The notes under the pieces: generated by a model
Database searches by the model: none
Told to the model about the DNA's origin: nothing
The model's input: the letters and a program-made list of their open reading frames with translations, nothing else
Program-made: the position numbers and the translations under genes
Part shown: positions 5,424 through 6,274 of the stretch, one piece after another
How the letters are laid out: each line of letters opens with the position of its first letter
Position numbering within the stretch: position 1 is the stretch's first letter
Source: a virus
Lineage: Duplodnaviria > Heunggongvirae > Uroviricota > Caudoviricetes
Length of the DNA: 6,274 nucleotides
IMG/VR virus record: IMGVR_UViG_2695420597_000012
Strand: one strand, 5' to 3'

Positions 5424-6245
5424 CTATCGCGTTACCCTCTTTAACTGCCGCTCCGCCCATGCCTCTTCAATGTCAAACCGAACCACCAACGTATCGTAAA
5501 AGCGTTTCACTGATTTTTTCCACGTATCAAGCGTGATAGCACTCGTCACTTTGCATATGGCATTAAATGCCTCCGTTGATGGCAGCCTTTCACAGCCACG
5601 ACCACCACAACGCTGGCAGTCTCTGATAACAGGCATACCACGTTTTACCGACTCTTCACGATGAATGGCGACACCACGCCCACGGCAATCCTTACAGGCG
5701 GTGGAAACCTCACCCTTTCCGCCACACTCCGGACAGGCAACTTTTACCACCTCCCGATTTTTTTTCCATTCTTCCCAGTAAGACGGATACACACCTTTCG
5801 TACACTTTGCCCATACCGGCGGCTTACCATCCGGATACTGGACCTTGTTTGTAAAAACTACGCTTTCAATAAATTTTTCCCCATAGCAACAAGGGCACTG
5901 CTTTTTACTCGCTGCGCTGCGGGCATAATCCTCAAAAGCGTACGAAGCCATAATGCGCATCACTACCGGTTTTATTTCTGCCGGGAGTTTTCTTAACGCC
6001 GCCACGCGATCACACCGACTGAGTGCATATTCTGTCAGCAATTCTGTTGCCCGCTCTCTGTCATTCATACTAATGCCCATTTTCCCAAGGAACGCAGAAA
6101 ACCCCATCTCAGCCCGATTCTGTGTCATGCCCTGCGCGGCCATCACATCAGTGATACTCAGCGCATCTTTCGACGTTGAGGCCGATGCATCAGTCAGGCC
6201 GGGGGATTTTGGGGAGTAGTATTTCGGTAAATCTTCCAGTTTCAT
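5424..6245 (-). CDS. Antitermination protein Q-like (long Q family with DnaJ-type CxxCxGxG zinc-finger repeats), 273 aa
   Basis: ATG at 6243-6245, stop TAG at 5424-5426. Three CxxCxGxG-type repeats (CPECGGKG, CKDCRGRG, CQRCGGRG) plus CPCC. It sits immediately upstream of a promoter/terminator pair and the methyltransferase-tRNA late region, as in lambdoid prophages. Family assignment is from memory, not a search. Confidence 0.6.
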   Translation of the reverse strand: MKLEDLPKYYSPKSPGLTDASASTSKDALSITDVMAAQGMTQNRAEMGFSAFLGKMGISMNDRERATELLTEYALSRCDRVAALRKLPAEIKPVVMRIMASYAFEDYARSAASKKQCPCCYGEKFIESVVFTNKVQYPDGKPPVWAKCTKGVYPSYWEEWKKNREVVKVACPECGGKGEVSTACKDCRGRGVAIHREESVKRGMPVIRDCQRCGGRGCERLPSTEAFNAICKVTSAITLDTWKKSVKRFYDTLVVRFDIEEAWAERQLKRVTR

Positions 6246-6274
6246 TTTTTGACCTGCCCTTCAAGCATTATGGG

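Noticed and set aside
5661-6219. 111-aa and 88-aa plus-strand ORFs
   Set aside because: Antisense to the Q-like gene; no supporting signals.

Overview
Read on the minus strand, this window looks like the late-regulatory region of a lambdoid prophage. It runs from a Q-like antiterminator (5424-6245) through a candidate promoter and terminator, a 65-aa ORF with its own terminator and a strong hairpin, into a beta-class DNA amino-methyltransferase (3793-4851) followed by three tRNA genes (Ile-CAU, Arg-UCG, Arg-UCU). The most striking feature is that this methyltransferase + tRNA cassette occurs three times in direct tandem (about 270-1845, 1901-3477, 3478-4851). Copies 1 and 3 are identical, copy 2 is about 5% diverged with mostly synonymous changes, and copies 1 and 2 both lose the first ~9 codons and the start codon at the same position. 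The copy 2 breakpoint sits inside the loop of the terminator that follows the tRNA cluster. No toxin or cargo ORF, CRISPR array or IS element is visible. All coordinates and structures are hand-read from the sequence; no searches or folding programs were run.
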